Positions 37,947-47,724 of a DNA stretch of 64,000 nt are shown piece after piece. Under the pieces are notes generated by a model. That model was not told the DNA's origin. It searched no databases and worked only from the letters and a program-made list of their open reading frames with translations. Each line of letters starts with the position of its first letter. The stretch's first letter is position 1. This DNA is from Solirubrobacterales bacterium (GTDB lineage: Bacteria; Actinomycetota; Thermoleophilia; Solirubrobacterales; Solirubrobacteraceae), in contig JBBSDZ010000002.1 of the NCBI GenBank assembly GCA_038240205.1, positions 1,919-65,918 of the forward strand, given 5' to 3'. The position numbers and the translations under genes are program-made.

Positions 37947-39671
37947 TCAGGACGGCTCGTCGTACTCGAAGAACCCGGCGCCCGCCTCGCGTCCGAGCCG
38001 CCCGGCGTGAACGAGCGCTCGCAACGCCGGGGCCGGGCGGTAGCGCTCCTCGCGGTACTCCGCGCACAGCGCCTGCAGCACGGCCAGCACGTGGTCGAGC
38101 CCGATTGTGTCCGCCCACTGCAACGGCCCGTGCGGGTGGCTCAGCCCGAGCATCATGCCCGTGTCGATGTCCTTCGCGCCGCCGACGCCTTCCCCGAGCG
38201 AGAACGCACACTCGTTGATCACCTGGCAGACGATCCGCCCGAGCACGAGGCCAGGTGCGTCGCCCACCCACGCCACGTGCATGCCGAGCGCCTCGAAGAA
38301 GCGCTCCGCGCGCGCTGCGGCGACCGGCGAGGAGCTCTCGCTGCGCGTCAGCTCGACCAGGCGCGCCTGCTCGAGCGGCGAGAGCACGTGGAAGCCGACA
38401 GCGCTGCCGCCCGGATCGAGCGCCGCGAGCGATCCGGCCTGGCACAGCAGCAGATGCGCGCCGCCCTGCGGTGCCGAGTTCTCGTGCAGCTCGCGCGTGC
38501 GCACCTCGACCGCGCTGAGCGGGTCGCGCGGCGCCGGCTTGCGGTCGCACTCGACGATCAGCGCCGGCAGCACGCCGCCGGTTGGGTCGTGCGGCGAGCG
38601 CACCTCATAGCCCGCCTGCGCAGCCGCGTGGCGCAGCTCCTCGGCGATGACGCTGGAGCCGGCGACGATGACTATGCCCTCGCCACCCGCCGGAGCGCTC
38701 GACGGCGGCCGCTCGGGATCCTCCGCGCGGTGTCCAGCGCCCTTCGTCGCGGCGCCGTCCGGGTAGGTGTAGTAGCCGCGCCCGGTCTTGCGCCCGTGCA
38801 GCCCTGCCGCGACGTACCGGGCGGCGATCGGCGAGGGCCGCCAGCGCGGCTCACCGAAGCTCTGTGCGTAGAAGCTCTTGGATATCTCGAAGCCGACATC
38901 GACGCCGACGAGATCCATCAGCTCGAACGGCCCCATGCGAAAGCCGCCCTCCATGCGGCAGATGCGGTCGATCGTCTCGACGTCTGCGATCCGCTCCTGC
39001 AGGAGCCGCAGCGCCTCCAGGCCGAACGGCCGGTTGCAGCGGTTGACGAGGAAGCCCGGGCCGTCGCTCGCGCGGATCACCGTCTTGCCCATCGCTTCCC
39101 CGGTCGCGTGCGCGAGCGACAGCGCCTGCGCCGAGGACTGCTCGCCGGCGACCACCTCCAGCAGGCGCATGACCGGCGCCGGGTTAAAGAAGTGCATGCC
39201 GACGACGCGCTCGGAGTGACTCGCGGCCGGGGCGATCGCCGTCACCAGCAGCGAAGAGGTGTTGCTCGCGAGCACGCAATCGGTCGCGACGACCTCCGAG
39301 AGGCTTGCGTAGAGCTCGTGCTTGAGCTCGATGCGCTCCGGCGCCGCCTCGATCACCAACTCGCAGTCGGACAGCGCGTCGATGCTGTCGACCGCCTGCA
39401 GCCGCTCGGCCGCGGCGGCGGCCTCCTGCTCGCTCAGCCGTCCCTTCGCAGCTTCTTTGCCGAGGCCGTCGCGCGCGCGCTTCAGGCCCCGCTGCAGCGC
39501 CTCCGCGATCGGGTCGTGCAGCAGCGTACGGGCGCCCGAGCGCGCTGCGAGCTGTGCGATCCCCGAGCCCATCGTGCCTGCCCCGAGCACGCCGATGACA
39601 GACGCTGCGCGACCCATCCGGCCGGCCACGCCGGCCTCATCATCGTTTCCCGCCTGCGGCTGAGCGGACAT
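37947..39671 (-). CDS. 3-hydroxyacyl-CoA dehydrogenase (PaaH-like)
   Basis: GAGTMGSGIA, SNTSS, GMHFFNP, PGFLVNR and a duplicated C-terminal domain. Confidence 0.9.
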   Translation of the reverse strand: MSAQPQAGNDDEAGVAGRMGRAASVIGVLGAGTMGSGIAQLAARSGARTLLHDPIAEALQRGLKRARDGLGKEAAKGRLSEQEAAAAAERLQAVDSIDALSDCELVIEAAPERIELKHELYASLSEVVATDCVLASNTSSLLVTAIAPAASHSERVVGMHFFNPAPVMRLLEVVAGEQSSAQALSLAHATGEAMGKTVIRASDGPGFLVNRCNRPFGLEALRLLQERIADVETIDRICRMEGGFRMGPFELMDLVGVDVGFEISKSFYAQSFGEPRWRPSPIAARYVAAGLHGRKTGRGYYTYPDGAATKGAGHRAEDPERPPSSAPAGGEGIVIVAGSSVIAEELRHAAAQAGYEVRSPHDPTGGVLPALIVECDRKPAPRDPLSAVEVRTRELHENSAPQGGAHLLLCQAGSLAALDPGGSAVGFHVLSPLEQARLVELTRSESSSPVAAARAERFFEALGMHVAWVGDAPGLVLGRIVCQVINECAFSLGEGVGGAKDIDTGMMLGLSHPHGPLQWADTIGLDHVLAVLQALCAEYREERYRPAPALRALVHAGRLGREAGAGFFEYDEPS

Positions 39672-39692
39672 GCGAGCGCCTCCTGCCCGCGC

Positions 39693-40853
39693 TCAGGCGG
39701 GCACCATCGCGCCGATGCCCGTCATCTCACGGCCGATGATCAGTTTTTGGATCTGCGAGGTGCCCTCGTACAGCGTCGTCACGCGGGCGTCGCGGAAGTA
39801 GCGCTCGACCGGGTGATCGTCGACGTAGCCGGCGCCGCCGTGGACCTGGATCGCGAGGTTCGCGCACTCGAGCGATGCCTCGGTGGCGTGAAGCTTGGCG
39901 ATCGAGGTCTCCAGCGTGTTCGGGCGGCCCTTGTCCTTGAGCCACCCGGCCCGCCACACGAGCATGCGCGAGGCGTCCGTCTTCAGCACCATGTCCGCGA
40001 TCATCGCCTGCACGAGCTGGAAGCTCGCGATCGGGCGCCCGAACTGCTCGCGCTCCTTGGCGTAGTTGACCGACTCCTCGACGCAGCCCTGGCAGATGCC
40101 CACGCAGCCGGCAGCGACCGAGTAGCGCCCGGAGTCGAGCGCCGACATCGCGACTTTGAAGCCCTCGCCGATGCCGCCGAGCATGGCGTCGTCTGGAACG
40201 TGCACGTCTTCGAGCGCGATTGACGCCGTGTCGGAGGCGTGCAGGCCCATCTTGTGCTCGATCGTCGAGGCTTTGTAGCCATCCTGGCCGGTGTCCACGA
40301 GGAAGCACGCAAGGCCCTTGTAGCCGAGCTCCGGATCGGTCTGCGCGAAGATCAGCGCGACCTTCGCGTAGTTACCCATCGAGATCCACATCTTCGCGCC
40401 GTTGATGACCCAGCCGTCGTCCGTCTTCTTCGCGCGCGTCTTCTGGTTGGCCGCGTCTGAGCCCGTATCCGGCTCGGTCAGCCCGAAGCAGCCGAGCCAC
40501 TCGCCGGAGCACAGCTTCGGCAGGTAGTGCTGCTTCTGCTCCTCGCTGCCCCACTTGAGGATCGCCGAGCACACGAGCGAGGTCTGCACGGAGATGACCG
40601 TGCGGATCGCCGAGTCGCCGCGGCCGATCTCCTCGACGATCAGCCCGTAGCTGAGGTAGTCCAGGCCCGCGCCGCCGTACTCCGAGGGCACGATCGCGCC
40701 GAGGTAGCCCTGGTCGGCGATCTTCTTGACCAGGTCCAGGTCGAAGTGGTGGTTGCGCGCATTTTCGCGCGTCTGCTTGACGATCTCCTTGTCGGTGAAC
40801 TCGCGTGCCGTGTCCTTGATCAGGCGCTGCTCGTCGGTCAGGTCGAAGTCCAT
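39693..40853 (-). CDS. Acyl-CoA dehydrogenase
   Basis: LTEPDTGSD, REQFGRPI, QVHGGAGY and YEGTSQIQ. Confidence 0.95.
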   Translation of the reverse strand: MDFDLTDEQRLIKDTAREFTDKEIVKQTRENARNHHFDLDLVKKIADQGYLGAIVPSEYGGAGLDYLSYGLIVEEIGRGDSAIRTVISVQTSLVCSAILKWGSEEQKQHYLPKLCSGEWLGCFGLTEPDTGSDAANQKTRAKKTDDGWVINGAKMWISMGNYAKVALIFAQTDPELGYKGLACFLVDTGQDGYKASTIEHKMGLHASDTASIALEDVHVPDDAMLGGIGEGFKVAMSALDSGRYSVAAGCVGICQGCVEESVNYAKEREQFGRPIASFQLVQAMIADMVLKTDASRMLVWRAGWLKDKGRPNTLETSIAKLHATEASLECANLAIQVHGGAGYVDDHPVERYFRDARVTTLYEGTSQIQKLIIGREMTGIGAMVPA

Positions 40854-40863
40854 GCGGCTCCTC

Positions 40864-42297
40864 TCATTGAAGCTTTGGCGAAGTCCACGGCGCGCTCACG
40901 CGCCGCTCGATCAGCTCGGCGATTCCCTCGATTGCTACCCGCTCCTGCGCGAGTGAGTCGCGGTCGCGCAGCGTGACCGTGCCGTCCTCGACGCTCTGGT
41001 GGTCGATCGTCAGGCAGTACGGCGTGCCGATCTCGTCCTGGCGGCGGTAGCGCTTGCCGATCGAGCCGCCCTCGTCGTACTCCGCCTGCACGACTGCGCG
41101 CACGGCGCGATGCACCTCATGCGCGAGCTCAGGCTGGCCGTCCTTCTTGACCAGCGGCAGGATCGCCGCCTTGACCGGCGCCAGGCGCGGGTGCAGGCGC
41201 AAGAGCGTGCGCTGGCCGATCTCCGATCGGTCGCCCTCGCCGGCGCCCTCGCCGGTGACGACTTCCTCGTCGTAAGCGTCGACGAGGAACGCGAGCGTCG
41301 CGCGGTCGGCGCCCGCCGCCGGCTCGATCACGTGTGGGACATAGCGCTGGCCGCTGGCCTGGTCGAAGTACTCGAGCTTCTCGCCGGAGAACTCGGCGTG
41401 GCGGGAGAGGTCGAAGTCGCCGCGGTTGGCGATGCCCTCGAGCTCTGACCAGCGGGCTCCGCCGCCGGAGGCGGTGGACGGGAAGAAATATTCGACGTCG
41501 CTCGTGCCGGAGGAGTAATGAGACAGCTCGTCCTCGTCGTGAGCGCGCAGGCGCAGGTGGTCCGGGCGGATGCCGAGATCGGTGTACCAGCGCTCGCGCT
41601 CGCCGAGCCAGTGCTGAAACCACTGCCCCGAGTCATCGGGCGGGACGAAGAACTCCATCTCCATCTGCTCGAACTCGCGCGTGCGGAAGATGAAGTTTCC
41701 CGGCGTGATCTCGTTGCGGAAGGACTTGCCGACCTGCGCGATCCCGAAGGGAGGCTTCTTGCGCGAGAACTGCAGCACGTTCTTGAAGTTGATGAAGATG
41801 CCCTGCGCCGTCTCCGGGCGCAGGTAGGCGATCGATCCGGACTCCTTGACCGGGCCGATCGTCGTCTCGAACATCAGGTTGAAGTCGCGCGCCTCGGTCA
41901 GGTCGCACTCCTCCGCTTCGCCCGGATGCCGCGACGGTTTACGCCCGCACTCGAGCTCTCCCAGGTGGTCGGCGCGGTAGCGCTTGCCGCACGTCCTGCA
42001 GTCCACGAGCGGATCGGTGAAACCTTCGAGGTGCCCCGATGCCTCCCACACGCGCGGGTGCTGCAGGATCGCCGAGTCGATCGCCACGATGTCGTCGCGC
42101 TCGGTGATCATCGCTCGCCACCACTCGCTCTTGACGTTGTTCTTCAGCAGCACGCCATAGTGGCCGAAGTCGTACGTCGAGCCGACGCCGCCATAGATCT
42201 CAGAGGACGGGAACACGAAGCCGCGGCGCTTGCACAGCGCGACGATCTTCTCCATCGTCACGACGTCCCCTGTTGTCGGGGGATTTGGCTCAGCCAT
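40864..42297 (-). CDS. glyQS: Glycine-tRNA ligase (alpha2 type); first 10 codons supplied by the integrated element
   Basis: KRRGF, LRPETAQG, FRNEITP..FRTREFEQME, ELEGIA.R and IGKRYRRQDEIG. Confidence 0.96.
   Translation of the reverse strand: MAEPNPPTTGDVVTMEKIVALCKRRGFVFPSSEIYGGVGSTYDFGHYGVLLKNNVKSEWWRAMITERDDIVAIDSAILQHPRVWEASGHLEGFTDPLVDCRTCGKRYRADHLGELECGRKPSRHPGEAEECDLTEARDFNLMFETTIGPVKESGSIAYLRPETAQGIFINFKNVLQFSRKKPPFGIAQVGKSFRNEITPGNFIFRTREFEQMEMEFFVPPDDSGQWFQHWLGERERWYTDLGIRPDHLRLRAHDEDELSHYSSGTSDVEYFFPSTASGGGARWSELEGIANRGDFDLSRHAEFSGEKLEYFDQASGQRYVPHVIEPAAGADRATLAFLVDAYDEEVVTGEGAGEGDRSEIGQRTLLRLHPRLAPVKAAILPLVKKDGQPELAHEVHRAVRAVVQAEYDEGGSIGKRYRRQDEIGTPYCLTIDHQSVEDGTVTLRDRDSLAQERVAIEGIAELIERRVSAPWTSPKLQ
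42243..42267 (+). repeat. att core copy within glyQS
   Basis: CGATCTTCTCCATCGTCACGACGTC (encodes DVVTMEKI on the minus strand). Confidence 0.92.
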
Positions 42298-42985
42298 GCG
42301 TAATCTCGTCGGGCTGAACACGGTTGAGTCCTGTGGAATCAGTACATGACTGGCGCGAGGCTGGCGCGAGGTCGGAGGCCGCTCGTGCCAAATAGGCGTC
42401 CAGAAGGCCGGCTGCCTCGCTCTCGTTTCCGGGCATCAGGTGACCGTAGCGGTCGAGTGTGATCGAGATGGTGGAGTGGCCCATGTACGTGGAGAGCGCC
42501 TTCGCGTTGACGCCGGCGGCGATCATAGGCGACGCGAAGGTGTGTCTCGCCTCGTGCAGGCCCAGCCGAGCGAGCTTCGCATCCTTCCACGCCTTCTTGG
42601 CGCGGTCCATCGCGGAGGTGTAGCCGAACGCTCGTGGGGGAGGGGCCGAACACGTGCCCGGCGCCCATCCCACGCTCAGGAGGTGCTCGTCGAGGTGGTC
42701 GCTCAGGACCGCGGCGATCGGCACGTTGCGCTCTTTGCGGTTCTTCGTAGCCACGGCGCCCTCCTTACGGTCCCAGCCCCGGCGCACATGGATCACACTC
42801 GCGCCCAGGTCTACGTCCTCCACCCGGAGCGCCATCAGCTCGCCGCAGCGTAGCCCCGCGTACATCGCAGTCGCCCTACAGGGCCCGGTCGGCTGGCTTC
42901 AGCGCCTTTAGCAGGCCCTCGCACTCACCCGGCGACGCTATGCGGTCACGGCCGCCCCTGACGACTGGCATCTCCACGCCATGGG
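42290..42985 (-). pseudogene. Tyrosine recombinase/integrase, truncated and frameshifted
   Basis: AGLRCGE, HEARHT and MGHSTISITLDRYGH motifs. The upstream frame (RDRIASPGECEGLLKAL..DRAL) is broken by a TAG/frameshift at about 42877. The N-terminal domain is missing. Confidence 0.85.
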
Positions 42986-43265
42986 CTGCCATCTGCATGT
43001 GACGCTCCGCCAACTCCTCGAGGGCGCGGGAGTACTGCTTTCTAACCTTCGACAGCGCTTCGACAGGTGTCGTTTTTCACGGTCGTACTTCGCTTTTTCT
43101 CGCCGGTGGCTGGGAAGGTGAGCGCACGTCTAGAGCTGGTGATCCCAGGCGCCTTCCAGCGGCTGCATGGCTTCGTGCGCCGCCAGACCTGGCCGCCGGC
43201 GCGCTTGACTTTTTAGAGCCGACCGGCTTTGCTCCGGCGTTCAAACGGCACGAGACGGAGGGAGC

Positions 43266-43757
43266 ATGTGGATCTTGGAGAAACGCCGCGCTGGTCTTGC
43301 GATGGCCGCACTGGCAGCACTTGCAGCCGGCCCTGCGGCATGCGGAGGGACTGCGCCGAGGTCGGCCGCCGCCACCGCTTCCACGCCGACGGCCTCGGCT
43401 GTCCCAGGCCGGCTCACTTTCTTCCCGTCGGGCGCCCGGGTCAAGCCGTCGACGGGCGTCGCAACGCTCGTCGCCGGCTGCAGTGGCCCGTTGCAGTCGG
43501 AAACTTGCACGTTCTCCTTCGCCCTCGACATGACGGTGCGGAACGGCAGCGCCAGCAGTGCAGGGCGCGTCAAGGTGGGCACGATTACGGGCACCGCACC
43601 GGGCGGTATCACCGGCACGCTGACGCTGCGCCTCAACACCGCCGGCCGCCGATACCTCAAAGGAGGGGCGCTGCACCTGGATGCCATCGGCACCGTCACT
43701 ACGACCGCCCGGCTGGTGACTCACGTCGATCGACGGATCACCGTCAAGAGCCGGTAG
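43266..43757 (+). CDS. Putative secreted protein/lipoprotein (element cargo)
   Basis: GGAGGGAG RBS, hydrophobic leader ending AACGG, beta-rich body. Confidence 0.6.
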   Translation: MWILEKRRAGLAMAALAALAAGPAACGGTAPRSAAATASTPTASAVPGRLTFFPSGARVKPSTGVATLVAGCSGPLQSETCTFSFALDMTVRNGSASSAGRVKVGTITGTAPGGITGTLTLRLNTAGRRYLKGGALHLDAIGTVTTTARLVTHVDRRITVKSR

Positions 43758-43807
43758 GCCCGGCGAAGAAGACGTACCACACCACGAGCGATCGAAGCTT
43801 TGAGTGG

Positions 43808-44017
43808 TCATGAGAGGGCCTCGCAGTGATCGTCGAGCCACCGCTGCAGCTCGGTGACGGGAACGAGCTTGCGCCGGCCAAGACGCACAACGCGCACCTC
43901 GGGTTCGATTGAGCTGCGCCAGGTGTCCCGCGAGACGCCGAGCGCGGCGCAGGCTTGCTCGACTGACAGTGCGAGCGCCGGCGTAGCGGGCTTCGGTGTG
44001 GCACTCCTGCCATCCAC
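43808..44017 (-). CDS. Excisionase-like HTH protein
   Basis: LALSVEQACAALGVSRDTW..VRLGRRKLVPVTELQRWL; GGGAG upstream. Confidence 0.75.
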   Translation of the reverse strand: MDGRSATPKPATPALALSVEQACAALGVSRDTWRSSIEPEVRVVRLGRRKLVPVTELQRWLDDHCEALS

Positions 44018-44229
44018 CTCCCGCACGCGGTACAGCGTTGGCCGTCGCCATCTTCGACAGCAAGCGGGCGGTCGCACTGGCAGTAGTCGGCCGCGACGGC
44101 TTCGAGTGAACGCTGGCCGGGAAGCTCGATGTCATACAGGAGCGTTCCCGGCTTGTGCCCGTTGGTTTCAGTAGCGGGAACATCGGTAGCTGCGGTAACT
44201 GTCCCCTCGCTGCCGAGCTTTTCTTGCGG

Positions 44230-44345
44230 CTCGAGCGCATCTGTTACCGATGTTCGCGCTGTTACCGGTTCTGCGGGTAGGTAGCGGGTCCAACCATCCA
44301 CGAACGCCTCGCGGCGGTATCCCTTGGCCGTCGCATCCCCAAACC
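44230..44345 (-). pseudogene. C-terminal remnant of a DUF3631-like replication protein
   Basis: FGDATAKGYRREAFVDGWTRYLP resembles DUF3631 C-termini (recalled, not searched). Confidence 0.45.
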
Positions 44346-44384
44346 TGGAGTGGATTTGCGTCTGCGCCAGTGTTTCCGAGGGTC

Positions 44385-44444
44385 TTAGTCGATCTTCTCC
44401 ATCGTCACGACGTCGCTGCTCACAGACGTATCTGGCTCTTGCAT
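44385..44444 (-). pseudogene. Orphaned native 5' end of glyQS
   Basis: MQEPDTSVSSDVVTMEKID* preceded by a GGAAAG RBS; TATGAT -10 on the minus strand at 44525-44530. Confidence 0.8.
44390..44414 (+). repeat. Second att core copy
   Basis: Identical 25-mer to 42243-42267. Confidence 0.92.
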
Positions 44445-44558
44445 GCTCAGGGTCTTTCCGATCCTCGCGTTGCTCGGGGCGATGGTTCCGGGCCGGCCAC
44501 CGTCGCCGGCGAGGCCCGCGGCGATCATAGGCGAGACGCACCCCTAAGATGGCGCGCC

Positions 44559-45056
44559 GTGGCGCGAGTGCTCATAGTCGGCGGCGGCTGTCGCGGTCGC
44601 ACGCTCGCCGGCCAGCTGACAGCGAGCGGGCACGCCGTGCGCGCGACCACGCGGACCGAGTCCGGCCGCGCCGGGATCGAAGCGACCGGCGCGGAGTGCT
44701 GGATCGGCACGCCCGATCGGCTCGCGACCCTGCGCGGGGCGCTCGACAGCGTCACCGTCGCTTGCTGGATGCTCGCGAGCGCAAGCGGCCCGTCCGAGCA
44801 GCTGCAGGCGCTGCACGGCTCGCGCCTCGAGCTGTTCATGACTCAGGCGATCGACACGACGGTGCGCGGAGTCATCTACGACGCCGGCGCCGGGGCGATC
44901 CCTCCCGAGGTGCTCGCCACGGGCGAGGGTATCGTGCGCTCGCTCGCCGCCCGAAACGCGATCCCGCTACAGATCCTCGATGTCGCTCCCGACGAGCGTG
45001 AGCGCTGGCTCACACAGGCGCGCGCCGCGATCGGATCGCTGCTCGGCGAGAGCTGA
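44559..45056 (+). CDS. Small Rossmann-like (NAD-binding) protein
   Basis: RVLIVGGGCRG..GHAVRATTR N-terminus. Confidence 0.7.
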   Translation: MARVLIVGGGCRGRTLAGQLTASGHAVRATTRTESGRAGIEATGAECWIGTPDRLATLRGALDSVTVACWMLASASGPSEQLQALHGSRLELFMTQAIDTTVRGVIYDAGAGAIPPEVLATGEGIVRSLAARNAIPLQILDVAPDERERWLTQARAAIGSLLGES

Positions 45057-45183
45057 AGCGGCGCCCGCCGGGGGTGCCCGCCTGGGACCCGGCCGGCGAC
45101 TCGCACGCCGCCCGGGAGCGAGCACCTGGCGAACGAGGGTCGAGCTGGAGCTGCCGCGGTCAAGGCGCGCGTCGTTCGACCCG

Positions 45184-45798
45184 ATGATGCAGGCGATGGC
45201 GCGCGACCGTCCTCCATATGGGCCTCTGCTGTCGGCGCTCGGCGCGATCGTGCTTGCCGTCTCGGTGTTCCTGCCTTGGTACGGGGTCAGCCTCACGGCT
45301 GAAGGCGTCGCATACGTGCAGCAGGCGAGCAGCCAGGCGGCCGCGCAGTTCGGTAACGCCACGCTCCAGAGCAATGTCGCCTCCGCCCACAACCTCATCG
45401 GTGGCCTGGCCGGCCACGAGCTGTTCGCCGCCAGCGCCCATCAGGTGCTGCAGAACATCAGCGTGCTGCTGCTCGTGCTCGCCGGCGTCGGCGTCCTGAT
45501 CTCCCTGCTCACGCTCGCAGGTGCGCAGCTCGGTTCGGGTGACGCGGCCCGCGGCCCGCTCGCCCTGCTCGGCGCAGTCGCGGTCGTGTTCGTGCTCTAT
45601 CGGATTGCCGTGCCGCCGGCGCTTGAAGGTCAGCTGTTCGACGTGTCGCGGCGCGAGGGCGCGTGGCTGTCGCTGCTCGGCGCCGTGGCGATTGTCGCCG
45701 GCGCGATGTGGCCACGCGCAAGCGCTCGCGTGAGCGCGTCGCCGGGCGCCGGCGAGAGCGTCTGGTCGGAGCTCTCCGGCTGGACGCCAGAGACCTGA
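45184..45798 (+). CDS. Membrane protein (4 TM)
   Basis: SVFLPWY followed by hydrophobic helices. Confidence 0.7.
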   Translation: MMQAMARDRPPYGPLLSALGAIVLAVSVFLPWYGVSLTAEGVAYVQQASSQAAAQFGNATLQSNVASAHNLIGGLAGHELFAASAHQVLQNISVLLLVLAGVGVLISLLTLAGAQLGSGDAARGPLALLGAVAVVFVLYRIAVPPALEGQLFDVSRREGAWLSLLGAVAIVAGAMWPRASARVSASPGAGESVWSELSGWTPET

Positions 45799-45972
45799 TC
45801 CGAGCCGACGCGAACGTGGTGTCCGCAGCGTTCTGCGCGGTCTCGCGAGGTCCGACTGGGCCTGCCGGTTCGCTATCCTGTTCCTAACTCCCTAAAGCCG
45901 ATCAGGATTCATCAAGAGGGTCCCCTGGTTTTGAATTTCGCGACGGTGCGCCGTCGAGAGAGGAACACACAA

Positions 45973-46635
45973 ATGACGCTGCAACTCGGCGACACAGCCC
46001 CGGACTTCGAGGCCGACACGACAGAGGGCAAGATCAAATTCTATGACTGGATCGGCGACTCCTGGACCGTGCTGTTCAGCCACCCGAAGGATTTCACGCC
46101 GGTGTGCACGACCGAGCTCGGGTACATGGCGAACGCCAAGCCGGAGTTCGACAAGCGCGACGTGAAGATCATCGGCCTGTCCGTCGACGCGCTCGACAAC
46201 CACGAGCAGTGGGCCAAGGACATCGAGGAGACGCAGGGCACGGCTCCGAACTACCCGATCATCAGCGACAGCGACTACAACGTCTCAAAGCTTTACGGGA
46301 TGCTGCCGGCGGACACATCCGGCGACGCCGGCGGGCGCACGCCGGCCGACAACCAGACGGTTCGCAACGTGTTCGTGATCGGCCCGGACAAGAAGATCAA
46401 GCTGATCTTCATCTACCCGATGACGACAGGGCGCAACTTCGACGAGGTCCTGCGCGTCGTCGACTCGCTGCAGCTCACTGCCAAGCACAAGGTCGCAACG
46501 CCGGTCAACTGGCGCTCCGGCGAGGACGTGATCATCGCCGGCTCGGTCTCCAACGACCAGGCCAAAGAGATCTACCCGGATGGGTGGAAGGAGCCGCGCC
46601 CCTACATCCGCATCGTCCCGCAGCCGACGAAATAG
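45973..46635 (+). CDS. 1-Cys peroxiredoxin (Prx6 type)
   Basis: FSHPKDFTPVCTTE and TGRNFDEVLR. Confidence 0.93.
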   Translation: MTLQLGDTAPDFEADTTEGKIKFYDWIGDSWTVLFSHPKDFTPVCTTELGYMANAKPEFDKRDVKIIGLSVDALDNHEQWAKDIEETQGTAPNYPIISDSDYNVSKLYGMLPADTSGDAGGRTPADNQTVRNVFVIGPDKKIKLIFIYPMTTGRNFDEVLRVVDSLQLTAKHKVATPVNWRSGEDVIIAGSVSNDQAKEIYPDGWKEPRPYIRIVPQPTK

Positions 46636-46642
46636 GCGTGCG

Positions 46643-47152
46643 TCACCCGGCGAGCGTCAGGCGCTCGCCGGGGCCGCACCTCAGGCGCTGGAGCAGGTGC
46701 TCGAGGATCCGCGCGGTGGCGCCCCAGATGAGGTGCCCGTCGAGCACGTAGACATCCGTCTCGAATGTGAACCCGCGCCGTGTCATCGACGTGCGCGACC
46801 TGCTCTCGCCGAGCGCGCGCAGCGGCAGCTCGAGCACCGCGTCGACCTCGCGCGGGGAGAGCTGCCAGCTCAGGCCGGCCGGAATCGTCGCGACGTAAGG
46901 GTGGATCAGGTAGTTGGTGACGAACGTCGAGATTGGCGGCAGCTCCCCGAGCAGACTCACATGCGCGCGCGGCAGGCCGATCTCCTCCTCCGCCTCTCGC
47001 AGCGCAGTCTCTGAGAGGTCGGCGTCCTCCGGGTCGCGGCGCCCGCCCGGAAAGGAGATCTCACCGGCGTGCCTGCGTAGGTCGGCGCGGCGGCGCGTGA
47101 GCACGACATGCGGGATCTCAGAATCGGGCGGGAGGTAGAGCGGCACGAGCAC
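46643..47152 (-). CDS. Nudix CoA pyrophosphatase
   Basis: HAGEISFPGG..TALREAEEEIG and IWGATA. The frame stays open further upstream, so the start is uncertain. Confidence 0.88.
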   Translation of the reverse strand: MLVPLYLPPDSEIPHVVLTRRRADLRRHAGEISFPGGRRDPEDADLSETALREAEEEIGLPRAHVSLLGELPPISTFVTNYLIHPYVATIPAGLSWQLSPREVDAVLELPLRALGESRSRTSMTRRGFTFETDVYVLDGHLIWGATARILEHLLQRLRCGPGERLTLAG

Positions 47153-47243
47153 GGCCGCGCTCGTCTGACCGTCGGGGCGCTCGCTGCGCGCTGGACTCGG
47201 ATCGGGGGCGCCGGAGGACAGCGGCGGAGCTCGCCCGGGCTGC

Positions 47244-47651
47244 TCAGGCGGCCAGGTGGACGCGCTCGACGCGCTCCATGAACATGACCTCGCCGTCGAG
47301 CACGCGGTGCACGGGGCACTTGGCGGCGATCACGCGCAGGCGCTCGACCTGCTCCTCGGGGAGGTCGTCCGGCAGGCGCATGATCAGCTCGAACTTGGTT
47401 GGGCAGCCGCGCTCGGCAGGGGTGTACTCGACGTCGACCTCGACAGGGCCGATCTCCCAGCCCTTGCGCGCGGCGTACATCTCCATCGTGATCGCCGTGC
47501 AGGAAGCGAGGCTGACGGCGAGCAGCTCCTGTGGGCTGGGGCCATCGTCGTGACCCCCGACGTGCAGCGGCTCGTCGATCGAGAGCTGATGGTCGCGTAT
47601 CTGGACTGAATGCTTGAACGTGGCGCCCTCGCGTCGCGCGGTGGCTTTCAT
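47244..47651 (-). CDS. OsmC family protein
   Basis: DEP..GG.D.GPSPQELL..LASCT and AAKCPVHR. Confidence 0.9.
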   Translation of the reverse strand: MKATARREGATFKHSVQIRDHQLSIDEPLHVGGHDDGPSPQELLAVSLASCTAITMEMYAARKGWEIGPVEVDVEYTPAERGCPTKFELIMRLPDDLPEEQVERLRVIAAKCPVHRVLDGEVMFMERVERVHLAA

Positions 47652-47724
47652 CCTTGCCAGCCCTGCCGATCCGTTCATGTCGCTCCTTTCAAGAGCATCA
47701 TTCAATGGTACTGCGAGCGGCCCT

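Larger units (their letters stand above)
42243..44414. mobile_element. Decayed tyrosine-integrase element (satellite/prophage-like remnant) in the 5' end of glyQS
   Basis: Perfect 25-bp direct repeats at both ends, 2147 bp apart; contains an integrase pseudogene, an excisionase-like gene and a replication-protein remnant. Confidence 0.9.

Noticed and set aside
44445-44550. Possible T-box upstream of the native glyQS start
   Set aside because: The leader is short and has no recognisable T-box sequence or stem I.
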